Origin: an uncultured Acidimicrobiia bacterium
Lineage (GTDB): Bacteria > Actinomycetota > Acidimicrobiia > Spongiisociales > UBA4744
Direction: 5' to 3'
Length of the DNA stretch: 64,000 nucleotides
Assembly: GCA_964633745.1 (NCBI GenBank)
Contig: CAZWHZ010000001.1
Location: forward strand, 6,406 to 70,405
Every line of letters starts with the position of its first letter. Position 1 is the stretch's first letter. Below, in pieces: positions 39,437 through 50,400 of the stretch. Under the pieces are notes generated by a model, which saw only the letters and a program-made list of their open reading frames with translations, ran no database searches and was not told where the DNA came from. A program made the translations under genes and the position numbers.

Positions 39437-42400
39437 GGCTCTCTCCACCAGTGCGAAGACTGCCGAGCCGTCGACGTCGAGGAGCTGAGCACTGTCGAGT
39501 TCCTCCACGCGTGTCAGACCGATGGCCAGCACTTCCGCGGAGATCAGCGCACCGTGGAACTCGAGCGCCGCGGCCGTCGCAGCATCATCGGTTGCCCACC
39601 TGACACTGATTCGGTCCGTGACGTCCAGATCGAGGTCACGACGTACCTGCTGAATCCGATTGATGAACTCACGGGCAAGTCCTTCGGCGATCAACTCGTC
39701 CGTCAGTTCGACATCGAGGGCGACCGACACGTTGCCATCGGCGGCAACGACCCTCCCGGATTTCGGGGTGCGTTGCACGGTGATGTCGGATGCCGCGATG
39801 TCGTGGCCGGCCAGTTCTACGGTGCGGCCCTCGAGCAGCGCTCCGATCGCCGCTCCATCGAGTGCAGCGATCGCGGCGGCCACCTCCCGGACGGAAGGGC
39901 CGAGGCGTGGGCCGAGAACCTTGAAGTTTGCTTTGGCATGGATGTCGACCGCATCGAGTTCATCAAGTCCCGTCGAAACCTGCCTCACATTGAGTTCCTC
40001 GGCGATGATCGCCGTGTGTGTCTCGACAGCATCGAGAACACGTTTGTCTCTGCTGTACACCGTGATCGACTCCAGTGGCTGGCGAACCCGGATGCCCGAC
40101 GTCACTCGCAACGACCTGCCGAGAGTGACCACCTGGCGAACCGTCGCCATCTCGCGCTCCAGGTCGAGATCGATGAGATCGGTACGCGCTGCCGGGTAGT
40201 CGGAGAGGTGCACCGAGGCCGGTCCATCCTCCCCGGATGACCTGTGTGTGACAACGAGTTCCTGGTAGATCTCTTCGGTGACGAAGGGAAGAACCGGAGC
40301 GATCACCTTCGAGAACGTCACGAGTACGTCGTACAGGGTCGCGAAGGCGGAGAGCTTGTCGGTGTCGCTCGCTTCCCGTGAACGCCAGAAGCGACGCCGT
40401 GAACGCCGGATGTACCAGTTGGTGAGGTGATCGATGAACTCGACCATCGGTGGTACGACCGCGTAGAGGTAGTAGCCCTCCATCATCTCGTTGACTTGTG
40501 AGATGAGGCTCTGGAGCATCGACAGGATCCAACGGTCCAGCTCGGGCCGCTCGGCCGGCCCGGGAGCGTCGGCGAGGTCCTGGCGTGTGATGCCGTCGGC
40601 CTCGGCGTACGTCGTGAAGAACGAGTACGCATTCCACAGGGGAAGGATCACTGTCCTCGTGACCTCTTTGACTCCGACCTCTGTGAATCGGAGAGGTTCG
40701 GCTCTCAGCAGCGGGGATGTGATCATGTAGGCCCGAAGTGGGTCGGCTCCGTAGGCCTGCAGCAAGTCCATGGGGTCCGGGTAGTTCTTGAGGCTCTTCG
40801 ACATCTTGCGCCCGTCTTCGGCCAGGATCATTCCGTTCACAACGCAGTTGCGGAATGGGGCCTTTCCGAAGATGGCGGTTGCGAGCACGAGGAGCGTGTA
40901 GAACCAACCGCGCGTCTGATCCAGACCCTCTGCGATGAAGTCGGCGGGGAACTTGAGATCGAACGTGTCGGCGTTCTCGAACGGGTAGTGGTGCTGTGCG
41001 TAGGGCATCGAACCCGACTCGAACCAGACGTCGAATACCTCGGGGACCCGGTGCATCTCCGACCCGCACTCTGTGCACGGCATGGTCACTTCGTCGACGA
41101 CGTGTTTGTGAAGGTCGGTCAGACGTGTTCCTGAGGCTTCCTCCAACTCGTCGATCGATCCCATGCACACTTGGTGGCCGCAAGACGTGCACTCCCACAC
41201 GGGGATACAGCTACCCCAATAGCGGTTGCGACTGATCGCCCAGTCCCTGGCGTTCTCGAGCCAGTTGCCGAAGCGCTTCTCGCCGACGTAGTCCGGAACC
41301 CAGTGGACCGTGTTGTTTCGATCGACCATCTCATCCTTGAACGATTCGACGTTCACGAACCAGGATGGGATCGCCTTGTAGATCAGTGGTGTGTGTGTGC
41401 GGTAGCAGTACGGGTACGAGTGACGAATCTGTTCGCGCTTGACGAGGTACCCCTTGCGCTTGAGCAGCGTGATCAGTTCGTTGTCCGCATCCTTGACGTA
41501 CATGCCGGCGACGTCCGGTACGGCATCGGTGAACCTCGCCTGCCCATCGACCGGGTCGACGAGAACATCGAGGCCGGCCGCCTGGAGGGCGTAGAAGTCG
41601 GCCTCGCCATATGCGGGAGCCATGTGAACGAGGCCGGTCCCTTCGTCGGTGGTGACGTCGTCGCTTGTGATCACTCTGAACGCGCCGTGGTCTCGCTCCT
41701 CTTCGAAGTAGGGGAACGGCGGTGTGTATGGGGTCCCGACGAGTTCGCGACCGAGTGCCGTTTCGACGACCTCGTCGTCGGGCCAGAACTCGTCCTTGCG
41801 CGACTTCGCAACCCAATGACGCTGGTGGTCTCGGACAACGGCGACATAGGTGATGTCGCCGCCGACCGCGATCGCGAGGTTTCCAGGCAGTGTCCAGGGT
41901 GTAGTCGTCCACACCACCAGGTAGTCACCCTCGCGCACAGGACCGTGTGAGGCGGTGACAGGAAGGCGAACGGTGATGGCGGGATCGTCCACATCCGTGT
42001 ACTCGAGATTCGCTTCGAAATTCGAGAGAGGTGTTGCCGCTCCCCACGAGTACGGAAGCACCTTGAAAGCGCGATAGACGAGGTCCTTGTCCCAGAGTTG
42101 CTTGAACACCCACCAAACGCTTTCCATGAAGTCGAGGTCCATGGTCTTGTAGTCGTCCTTGAAGTCGACCCACCGTCCAATGCGTCGGGTGATCGTCTCC
42201 CACATTTCAGTGTTGGTTTCGACCCTGGCGCGACACGCCTCGTTGAACTTCCGTACTCCGTATTCCTCGATGTCTCGGGGGCCGTTGAGGCCGAGTGATT
42301 CCTGGACTTCCATCTCGATCGGTAGCCCGTGCGTGTCCCACCCAAACCGGCGAACCACCCGATGACCACGCATGGTCCAGTAACGGGGCACGATGTCCTT

Positions 42401-42598
42401 GATGACTCCCGCAAGGAGATTCCCGTAGTGAGGGCTGCCCGTCGGGAACGGAGGGCCATCGTAGAAGGTGTACTCCGAGGCGGCCGGCCGCATCTCGATC
42501 GACGCATGAAACGCATCGATTCTGTCCCACAGTTCGAGGACTCCCTCTTCGATGGCGGGAAACGAGACGTTGGGCTGGACCCGGTTGAAGCTCTTCAT
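39434..42598 (-). CDS. ileS: isoleucine--tRNA ligase
   Basis: 1054 aa; HYGN(L) HIGH-type and KMSKS motifs; N-terminus MKSFNRVQPNVSFP typical of IleS. Confidence 0.95.
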   Translation of the reverse strand: MKSFNRVQPNVSFPAIEEGVLELWDRIDAFHASIEMRPAASEYTFYDGPPFPTGSPHYGNLLAGVIKDIVPRYWTMRGHRVVRRFGWDTHGLPIEMEVQESLGLNGPRDIEEYGVRKFNEACRARVETNTEMWETITRRIGRWVDFKDDYKTMDLDFMESVWWVFKQLWDKDLVYRAFKVLPYSWGAATPLSNFEANLEYTDVDDPAITVRLPVTASHGPVREGDYLVVWTTTPWTLPGNLAIAVGGDITYVAVVRDHQRHWVAKSRKDEFWPDDEVVETALGRELVGTPYTPPFPYFEEERDHGAFRVITSDDVTTDEGTGLVHMAPAYGEADFYALQAAGLDVLVDPVDGQARFTDAVPDVAGMYVKDADNELITLLKRKGYLVKREQIRHSYPYCYRTHTPLIYKAIPSWFVNVESFKDEMVDRNNTVHWVPDYVGEKRFGNWLENARDWAISRNRYWGSCIPVWECTSCGHQVCMGSIDELEEASGTRLTDLHKHVVDEVTMPCTECGSEMHRVPEVFDVWFESGSMPYAQHHYPFENADTFDLKFPADFIAEGLDQTRGWFYTLLVLATAIFGKAPFRNCVVNGMILAEDGRKMSKSLKNYPDPMDLLQAYGADPLRAYMITSPLLRAEPLRFTEVGVKEVTRTVILPLWNAYSFFTTYAEADGITRQDLADAPGPAERPELDRWILSMLQSLISQVNEMMEGYYLYAVVPPMVEFIDHLTNWYIRRSRRRFWRSREASDTDKLSAFATLYDVLVTFSKVIAPVLPFVTEEIYQELVVTHRSSGEDGPASVHLSDYPAARTDLIDLDLEREMATVRQVVTLGRSLRVTSGIRVRQPLESITVYSRDKRVLDAVETHTAIIAEELNVRQVSTGLDELDAVDIHAKANFKVLGPRLGPSVREVAAAIAALDGAAIGALLEGRTVELAGHDIAASDITVQRTPKSGRVVAADGNVSVALDVELTDELIAEGLAREFINRIQQVRRDLDLDVTDRISVRWATDDAATAAALEFHGALISAEVLAIGLTRVEELDSAQLLDVDGSAVFALVERA

Positions 42599-42639
42599 CT
42601 GGACTCAGCATCGTAGACGGAAGGCGCCCGGAACCCGAC

Positions 42640-42760
42640 TCAGTGAAGGCTCACTGCGTGAGCCGTCTTCGGTTTTCGGTGCTCGGTTCTCGATGCCCGG
42701 TAGGAAGGTCGTTCTGCGGTCTGGAGCTGTTTTCGCCTGTCGGCTGTCGGCTGTCAGCAG
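42640..42760. repeat. partial copy of the hairpin/heptad element in the ileS-DUF167 divergent intergenic region
   Basis: GGCTCAC-tgc-GTGAGCC hairpin (42648-42664), then CGGTTTT CGGTGCT CGGTTCT and CGGCTGT CGGCTGT heptads. Confidence 0.5.
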
Positions 42761-42798
42761 TGAGCTTGCCGGTCCGCCCCGCTGCTACCTTGGACCGC

Positions 42799-43077
42799 AT
42801 GGATCCCCTGAGCGCGCACCCGGAAGGCACAGAGGTGCTCGTGTGGGTCGTCCCGGGTGCCTCCCGCACGGAGATCACCGGTCTCCACGATGGTGCGCTT
42901 CGGATCCGTGTTGCCGCGCCTCCCGAAGGAGGGAAGGCCAACAAGGCAGTGGTCGCGACGCTCGCATTCGCGACGGGCGCATCGGCCCGGCTGCTTGCCG
43001 GCGCGGCGGCTCGACGCAAGCGCGTTCTCATAGAGGGGTTGAGCGAGCGGCAGGTACGAGCCGCCCTGGACCTCTAG
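42799..43077 (+). CDS. DUF167 (YggU/UPF0235) family protein
   Basis: ..VVPGASR..I.G....LRIRVAAPPEGGKANKAVV.. DUF167 signature. Confidence 0.7.
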   Translation: MDPLSAHPEGTEVLVWVVPGASRTEITGLHDGALRIRVAAPPEGGKANKAVVATLAFATGASARLLAGAAARRKRVLIEGLSERQVRAALDL

Positions 43078-43134
43078 GGCCGGATGTCGCCAGGCGTCGA
43101 CTGCGCGGGGTCTTCTGCTATCTTGCCGGGGATC

Positions 43135-43506
43135 ATGACCCGCACACTCTCGGCAAACACGCTCAAGAAGCTGCAGCGCAGGCTCGAGGCTGACCGTCAG
43201 GAACTCCAAGAGACGATCGACGACCACCTCCAGGACCTCGAAGAGGCCCGGCTGGCGCAGGCGTCGGGGGAGCGGAGCGCCGACCCCTCGAGTACGGAGA
43301 CTGGATCAGCTGCCACCGTGTTCGAGTCCGAGCTGTCCGTGGTGCGCAACAGTCAGGAGCTCCTCGGGCAGGTCGAGGACGCGCTCGAACGGCTCAACGC
43401 AGGGACCTATGGGACATGCAGCAACTGCGGAAGACCGATTCCGGCCGCTCGCCTCGACGCGCTTCCCTACACGACGTTGTGCGTCACGTGCGCAGCAAGG
43501 CGCTGA
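43135..43506 (+). CDS. DksA/TraR-family C4-type zinc-finger protein
   Basis: C-terminal CSNCGRPIPAARLDALPYTTLCVTC four-Cys zinc finger after a coiled coil. Confidence 0.65.
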   Translation: MTRTLSANTLKKLQRRLEADRQELQETIDDHLQDLEEARLAQASGERSADPSSTETGSAATVFESELSVVRNSQELLGQVEDALERLNAGTYGTCSNCGRPIPAARLDALPYTTLCVTCAARR

Positions 43507-43958
43507 AGCACAAGGCGGCGGCGCTGATCGTTGCGGCCGTGGTGGTCGCGGCTGACCAGATCACCAAAGCCTGGGCGCTGCGTGCGATACCTGCCGGAAC
43601 CAGTATCGAGCTCATTCCGGGGGTGTTGCGGCTCAGAGTGTTCGAGAACTCGGGTGTCGCGTTCAGCATGCTTCAGAATGCAGGCACGGTACTCGTCATC
43701 GCCATCATCATCGCGGTAGTCGTCATCCTGTTCGCCCTCAGGTCCTCCGAGTCGTGGTGGCAGTCGATCACCTTGGGCCTGGTCCTCGGCGGGGCGATGG
43801 GGAATCTCGTCGATCGCTTCGTTCGGGGAAGCGGATTCCTCGATGGCAGGGTGATCGATTGGATCGATGCTCCTTTCTTCGCAACGTTCAACCTGGCAGA
43901 TGCGTCGATCACGGTCGGGGTCATTCTGCTGTTGATCGTCGGCATTCGGCAGTCGTGA
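43479..43958 (+). CDS. lspA: lipoprotein signal peptidase II
   Basis: LspA motifs ..NSGVAFS.. and ..FNLAD..; GTG start uncertain (43479 or 43488). Confidence 0.75.
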   Translation: MRHVRSKALKHKAAALIVAAVVVAADQITKAWALRAIPAGTSIELIPGVLRLRVFENSGVAFSMLQNAGTVLVIAIIIAVVVILFALRSSESWWQSITLGLVLGGAMGNLVDRFVRGSGFLDGRVIDWIDAPFFATFNLADASITVGVILLLIVGIRQS

Positions 43959-44869
43959 AGAGGATCATCGATCCGGAGCTCGCAGGTGAACGGATCGACA
44001 AGGTCGTCTCGGTACTCACCGGACTGAGTCGCAGGGTCGCGCACACGCTCGTCGAATCTGGCGAGGTGCTCGTTGACGGATCTGCCGTGTCCCCGAAGGA
44101 TCGAGTGGAGGGTGGTGAGCGGGTCACGATCCGCATTCCCGCCAAACAGATTCTCGAAGCCGAGGACGTGCCATTCGGTGTCCGCTACGAGGACGAGAAT
44201 GTCGCTGTCATCGACAAGCCGGCAGGCGTCGTCGTGCACCCCGGCGCAGGCGTTGTCAGGGGAACGCTCGCAGCCGGATTGCTCCATCGCTGGCCGCAGA
44301 TACGTGGAGTGGGTGCGGAAGATCGATGGGGGATCGTGCATCGCCTCGACCGGGACACGTCAGGGCTGCTCTTGGTCGCCAAGACCGAAGATGCTCATCG
44401 ATCACTCACGAACGCTTTGGCAGAACGGTCTGTCAAGCGGAACTATCTCGCCCTCGTGGAGGGGGTGTTCTCGCTGCCCGCCGGCACCGTCGACGCGCCG
44501 ATCGGACGAGACCCCCGCAACTCGAGACGGCGAGCGGTTCGGCGGGACGGACGCATGGCCCGCACACACTACCGGCGGGTCGCCTCCTGGGAGGAGCAGG
44601 GAGTGAGCCTTGTGGAAGTGCAGCTCGAGACGGGGCGAACGCACCAGATCCGGGTGCACATGGCGTCGATCGAACATCCTGTTGTGGGGGACGCAGTCTA
44701 TGGGGGGCGGCCGTCGCCGCGCATGTGGCTGCATGCCCAGTCGCTGTCGTTCCGGCACCCTGTGGGGGGTCAGGAGATCACCGTGACTTCGCCGCTGCCC
44801 GACGCCTTGCAGGACATGCTCGACGAGCTGGGCGAGCCGGACATCGGAGCGGTCCCGGCTGGAAGCTGA
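43955..44869 (+). CDS. rluD: RluA-family 23S rRNA pseudouridine synthase (RluD-like) with S4 domain
   Basis: ..HRLDRDTSGLL.. catalytic Asp motif; GTGA overlap with lspA. Confidence 0.85.
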   Translation: MKRIIDPELAGERIDKVVSVLTGLSRRVAHTLVESGEVLVDGSAVSPKDRVEGGERVTIRIPAKQILEAEDVPFGVRYEDENVAVIDKPAGVVVHPGAGVVRGTLAAGLLHRWPQIRGVGAEDRWGIVHRLDRDTSGLLLVAKTEDAHRSLTNALAERSVKRNYLALVEGVFSLPAGTVDAPIGRDPRNSRRRAVRRDGRMARTHYRRVASWEEQGVSLVEVQLETGRTHQIRVHMASIEHPVVGDAVYGGRPSPRMWLHAQSLSFRHPVGGQEITVTSPLPDALQDMLDELGEPDIGAVPAGS

Positions 44870-44995
44870 CAGCAGGCTTTGCCCGCCCGTTATGGGTGTT
44901 CGTTTGTCGGTTGGAACGCGACCTCCGAAGCTCCACGGGGCGAGGTTCTTGCTCAGAACCCGGGAACGCGGAGGGGCTCGAGCGGTGAGCCCCTA
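44867..44995. repeat. hairpin/heptad element between convergent rluD and pfkA
   Basis: GGCTTTGCCCGCCCGTT...GTTCGTTTGTCGGTT homologous to the copy at 57389; right end GAGCCCCTAG abuts the pfkA stop. Confidence 0.55.
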
Positions 44996-46018
44996 GCCGA
45001 AGAAGACCTCAGCGGTCTCGAACAGCTTCTCGTCTACACCCCGTGTGCTTGCACAGGCTTCTTCGAGGGTGACCGGCACGATGTCCCGCCCGCGGAGGGC
45101 CACCATCGTTCCCCACTTGCCTTCGGCCGCGAGGTCGGCTGCACCGACCCCGAAGCGGGTGCCAAGCACGCGGTCATAGGCGGTTGGTGTCCCTCCTCGC
45201 TGGACGTGTCCTAGCACCGTCACACGGGTTTCGAACCCTGTCATCTCTTCGAGGATGGGAGCGATCTGATAGGCGACCCCACCAAACCTCTCGAACCCGA
45301 ACGCATCGATCTGACCTCGGCCGGCGTCACCCGATGGAGGTTCGACCCCTTCAGCGACGACCACCACCGAGTAGCGGTGCCCCCGCCTGTGGCGTGTCCG
45401 GATGATGCCGGCGCATTTCTCCAGGTCGCAAGGGATCTCGGGGATCAGGATGGCATCGGCACCCGAAGCAATGCCCGAGTAGGTGGCGATCCATCCGCGG
45501 GTTCGTCCCATGACCTCGACGAGCATGATGCGGTGGTGCGCTTCGGCGGTTGTCGTGATCCGGTCGATCGCCTCGGTCGCGATCTCCACAGCCGTGTTGA
45601 AACCAAACGTGGTGTCGGTTGCGTCGATGTCATTGTCGATCGTCTTGGGGACCCCGATCACCTTGAGCCCCTCCTCCGAGAGGCGCAGCGCGGACGCAAG
45701 GGTTCCGTCGCCTCCGACCACGATCACCCCATCGAGACCGTTGTCTCGTACTGTTCGCTGGACGCTGGCATAGCCGTCTCCATGCACGTAGGGGTCCATC
45801 CGGGAGGATCCAAGAATCGTTCCGCCGCGTTGGAGGATGCCGCGGACGGCGTCACGGTCGAGCGGAATCACGTTGCCGTACATGAGGCCTTCCCATCCGT
45901 TGAGGATGCCGACGACCTCTGAGCCATGCTCGATTGTGGCTCTGGCGACTACTGCCCTGATGACAGCGTTCAATCCGGGACAGTCGCCTCCGGCCGTGAG
46001 GATGCCTAGAACGTCCAT
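44993..46018 (-). CDS. pfkA: ATP-dependent 6-phosphofructokinase (GGDGT type)
   Basis: GGDGT, PKTIDND, MGR motifs. Confidence 0.85.
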   Translation of the reverse strand: MDVLGILTAGGDCPGLNAVIRAVVARATIEHGSEVVGILNGWEGLMYGNVIPLDRDAVRGILQRGGTILGSSRMDPYVHGDGYASVQRTVRDNGLDGVIVVGGDGTLASALRLSEEGLKVIGVPKTIDNDIDATDTTFGFNTAVEIATEAIDRITTTAEAHHRIMLVEVMGRTRGWIATYSGIASGADAILIPEIPCDLEKCAGIIRTRHRRGHRYSVVVVAEGVEPPSGDAGRGQIDAFGFERFGGVAYQIAPILEEMTGFETRVTVLGHVQRGGTPTAYDRVLGTRFGVGAADLAAEGKWGTMVALRGRDIVPVTLEEACASTRGVDEKLFETAEVFFG

Positions 46019-47172
46019 CAGTACAGGAACATCGGCTTGCCGGACACGTGACGAACCTTGGGCTGGTACGCCTCGACGTTGTACAATTCTTCGACGTCGA
46101 CTCGCTTGACGCCCTCACGTGTGACGCTGATCGGAACGCTGGTGTAGGTTCCGCCTCGTAGTGCGACCATGCGACCCGACGCACCTTCGAGTGCGAGATC
46201 CGCAGCCATCACTGCGTAGTTCGTGGCAACCATGAGGTCGAGCGAGTCCGGGTTCCCTGATCGCATCAGGTAGCCGACCTGCTGGTAGACGATCCCGAGG
46301 CCGGTCCTCTCCTTGAGGAGTTCGCCGGTCAGTGCGCCGACGCCCCCGAGCTTGCGGTGACCGTACATGTCGGCGTCACCCGACAACACCAGGTCACCCC
46401 CCTTGATCGTTGCGCCTTCGGAGATGGTCATCATGGCGTAGTTGCTCGGGTTGCGTCCGCGATCACCCAGGAGGAGCTCGGCCAGCTTGTCGACGTCGAA
46501 GGGCACCTCCGAAATGATCGCCCTGTCGACGCCCGCGAGGTAGGCCGTAATGAGGGATGTCTCTCCGCTGTAGCGTCCAAACAGCTCCACGACGGCCAGG
46601 CGTTCATGCGATCCCGCCGACGTGCGGAGGTTGTGGATGAACTGGACGCCTCTTGTCACGGCCGTCGAGAAGCCGATGCAGTAGTCGGTACCGTGCACGT
46701 CGTTGTCCATCGTCTTCGGAATCGCGATGACCGGAACTCCCTCGTCGTGCAGTCGCAGGCCGTACGACAAAGTGTCATCGCCACCGATGGGAATGAGAAC
46801 GTCGATTCCTTGCGCTTCGATGACGTCGAGTACGTGGGGTGTGAAGTCATGTGGCCCGTCTCCCTCCGCCTGATCGGCGAGGAAGCCGGGAACGTCGTCC
46901 GTCGGGACCTTCCCGGGGTTCGTGCGAGACGTGTGAAGGAATGTGCCGCCGGTGCGATCAACCGTTCGCACGCGTGCCCGATCGAGGGGAATCTGATGGC
47001 GAGAGAAACTCTCCGGTTCATCCAGATTGGGCTCGAGTAGACCAGCCCATCCTCTCCGGATACCGATGACTTCGTGACCTTCGTTGCTGACCCTGTCCAC
47101 GACAGCCTTGATGCACGGGTTCAGACCGGGGACGTCACCTCCACCGGTGAGAATGCCGATTCGCATGGTCAT
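46018..47172 (-). CDS. 6-phosphofructokinase paralog, likely pyrophosphate-dependent (GGDDT type)
   Basis: GGDDT instead of GGDGT; PKTMDND; its stop overlaps the pfkA ATG (ATGA). Confidence 0.75.
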   Translation of the reverse strand: MTMRIGILTGGGDVPGLNPCIKAVVDRVSNEGHEVIGIRRGWAGLLEPNLDEPESFSRHQIPLDRARVRTVDRTGGTFLHTSRTNPGKVPTDDVPGFLADQAEGDGPHDFTPHVLDVIEAQGIDVLIPIGGDDTLSYGLRLHDEGVPVIAIPKTMDNDVHGTDYCIGFSTAVTRGVQFIHNLRTSAGSHERLAVVELFGRYSGETSLITAYLAGVDRAIISEVPFDVDKLAELLLGDRGRNPSNYAMMTISEGATIKGGDLVLSGDADMYGHRKLGGVGALTGELLKERTGLGIVYQQVGYLMRSGNPDSLDLMVATNYAVMAADLALEGASGRMVALRGGTYTSVPISVTREGVKRVDVEELYNVEAYQPKVRHVSGKPMFLY

Positions 47173-47412
47173 CCCTCCTCGTATACGTCGATGAACGTCA
47201 TGTCGGCAACCGCGTCACCGAGACTCATCGTGCCAACCTTGCTACCTTCAATCCCTGCCCACCAATTCGGTACGGCCGATCTGAGATCGAACACAGGAAT
47301 GTCGAGGTTCGCGTTCACACACACTCCATGGGCCGTGAGTCCACCATGCTACCCACCGATCGGACCGGGCACGGTGTTGGCTGGTATGGTTCGAATCCCA
47401 CGTTTGTAGTTC

Positions 47413-50400
47413 TTGATGGACGGCTTCGCACACCTGCATCTACACACTGAGTTCTCAATGCTCGACGGCGCCGCGAGGGTGCGCGACGTCGTGCGGGCTG
47501 CACGCGAGGACGGCCAGCCGGCGGTAGCGATCACCGACCATGGCGTCCTGTATGGGGTCGTCGACTTCTACCAGGCGGCCCGCAAAGAGGGGATCAAGCC
47601 GATCATCGGAATCGAGGCCTACGTCACTCCGGGGTCGAGGTTCGATCGGCCACCGAGGAGCAAGAACATCCGCTACCACCTCACCCTGCTGGCGGAGAAC
47701 GAGACCGGATACCGCAATCTCATGAAGCTGGTGAGTAGGTCGTACCTGGAGGGGTACTACTACAAGCCCAGGATGGATTTCGACCTGCTCGCCGAGTACA
47801 GCGAAGGGATCATCGCCGCCTCGGGGTGCCTCGGTGGAGAAGTCGCCCAGATGCTCGCGCCAGACGCTTCGCTGGAGGAGGGCAACCAGGGGCAGGTACG
47901 AGACTTCGACGCCGCGCTCACTGCCTCGGCCAGGTACCAGGACATCTTCGGCAAAGACAACTTCTTCATCGAGTTGCAGGACCACGGCATCGAGGCGCAA
48001 CGGCGGGTCTTGCCTGATCTGGTGGACGTGGCGCGTAGGATCGGCGCACCACTGCTCGCCACCAACGACTCGCACTACACGAGGCAGGACGAGGCCGACG
48101 CCCACGACGTGCTTCTGTGCATCCAAACGGGCGCAACGATCAACGAGCCGAACCGTTTCAAGTTCAACGGCCAAGAGTTCTACCTGAAGACATCACAAGA
48201 GATGCGGTCGCTGTTTCCCGATGATCTGTATCCGGGAGCGACCGACAACACGCTGCTCATCGCAGAACGGGCAAATGTCGAGCTGACCTTCGGCGAGATC
48301 CTGCTTCCGCAGTTCCCGGTGCCAGAAGGCACCACCGAGTTGTCCTACCTGAAGGACCTCATCTACGAAGGTGCTCGGGCTCTCTACCGGGAGCCGATTC
48401 CGGTCGAGGTGACGGAACGTATCGAGCACGAGTTGCGCATCGTCGAAGAGATGGGCTTCCCTGCCTACTTCCTGATCGTGTGGGACCTCATTCGGTACGC
48501 GAGGGAGAACGGGATCAGAGTGGGTCCAGGACGGGGAAGCGCTGCCGGCTCGATCATCTCGTACTGCCTTCGGATCACCGATCTCGACCCCATCAGGCAC
48601 GGCCTCATCTTCGAACGGTTCCTGAATCCGGGACGCCGCGAGATGCCCGATATCGACATGGACTTCGATGAGCGCTACCGGTCCGAAGTCATCAAGTATG
48701 CCGCGGAGCGGTATGGCTCCGACCACGTAGCCCAGGTCATCACGTTCTCCACCATCAAGGGCCGTCAGGCGCTGAGGGACTCGGCGAGAGTGCTCGGGTT
48801 CTCGTACGGGGTCGGTGATCGGATCGCCAAGATGATGCCTCCTGCGATCCTCGGGGTCGAGGCATCTCTGAGCCAGTGTCTCGAAGATCCAGGTAAAGGT
48901 GCAGATCCCGCGCTGAGGGACTTCTACTCGAACGCAGCCCAGCTTCGTGCCGTCTACAACACCGAGGATGATGCCCACAGGGTCATCGACACGGCTCGCG
49001 GCCTCGAGGGGCTCCGCCGCCAGGACAGCATCCACGCAGCAGCCGTGGTGATCTCTCCCGAGCCACTGTGGAACCTGGTGCCCCTTCAACAGAAGGGCGA
49101 AGGGGCGGAGATCGTCACCCAGTACGAGATGCACGGCGTGCAGGATCTCGGGCTGCTCAAGATGGACTTTCTCGGCCTGCGCAACCTGTCGACCATCGAA
49201 CGAACGATCGAGTTGATCGAGCTGTCGACGGGTGATCGGATCGATGTCGACTCGATTCCGCTCGACGACGAGGCGACCTTCGAGATGATTAGGGCGGCCG
49301 ATACGATCGGGGTGTTCCAGCTCGAAGGATCGGCGATGCGGTCGCTCATCCGAGCGCTCCAGCCGGAGAACTTCGACGACATCATCGCTGTCAACGCTCT
49401 CTTCAGGCCCGGTCCGATGGGCGCCAACATGCACTACGAGTACGCCGACAGAAAGAACGGACGTAAGGCGGTCGAGTATCCACACGAGGTAATCCAGCCG
49501 TTCCTCGCTTCCACCTACGGGATCATCGTTTACCAGGAGCAGGTCATGCAGGTCGCCCAGGCGGTCGCCGGGTACTCGATGGAGGAGGCGGACAACTTCC
49601 GAAAGGCCATGGGCAAGAAGGTCAAGTCGATCATGGCCAAGGAGCGGAGCAAGTTCGTGGCCGGCTGCGCCCGGCAGGGCCATACGGAGCAGCTGGGTCG
49701 TGAGCTGTGGGACGCGATCGAGCCTTTCGCCGGGTACGGGTTCAACAAGTCGCACAGTGCGGCGTACGGCTTCGTCGCGTACCAGACGGCATGGCTGAAA
49801 GCCCATTACCCGGCCGAGTACCTCGCCGCACTACTCACCTCCACGAAGCGAGACAAGGACAGGACCGCCCTGTATCTCAGTGAGTGCAGAACCCAGGGTA
49901 TCGAGGTGGCCGTTCCCGACATCAACCGGTCGGAACTCGACTTCGTGGTGCGGGATGGTCGGATCGTCTTCGGCATGTCGGCCGTTCGAAATGTGGGCGA
50001 AGGCGTTGTTGAACGGATCGTTGATGCCCGGCGCGAGGGGGGCGCGTTCAAGGACTTCGTTGACTTCGTCGATCGCGTGGACGTCTCGGTGCTCAACCGG
50101 CGCACCATCGAGTCGTTGATCAAGGCCGGCGCATTCGACAGTCTCGGTGTGACCAGGCGAGGGCTGATTCTCTCCTACGAACAGATCTTGGACGCCACGG
50201 TGACGCGACGCCGAAACGAGGAGATGGGCCAGTACTCGCTGTTCGGGTCAGGCTCGTCGCCGCTCGAAGCGGTCCAGCCGACCATTCCCAACCTCGAATG
50301 GGACAAGAAGGTACGTCTCGGATTCGAGAAGGAGATGCTCGGCTTGTTCATCTCCGATCACCCCCTGATCGGGGTGGAGCACCTCCTCAATCGGGTGGTC

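Noticed and set aside
42742-42757. Heptad tandem repeats as a CRISPR array or minisatellite
   Set aside because: The units are 7 nt and directly abutting, with no spacers and no cas genes. They are part of the terminator-like element.
42599-42798. T-box riboswitch in the ileS leader
   Set aside because: No match to the T-box core (GGGTGGNACCGCG) on the ileS strand. The region is instead occupied by a copy of the hairpin/heptad repeat element.
47378-47388. GGTTCGAATCC (tRNA T-arm-like) upstream of dnaE, as a possible tRNA or tRNA remnant
   Set aside because: Flanking bases cannot form a T-stem or acceptor stem and no cloverleaf can be drawn. It is probably a chance palindrome.
47173-47412. 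LexA/SOS box (TCGAAC-N4-GTTCGA) in the 240-bp pfk-dnaE intergenic region
   Set aside because: Only half-site-like fragments (TCGAAC at ~47285, TTCGAA at 47380) with wrong partner and spacing. dnaE1 is not normally SOS-regulated.
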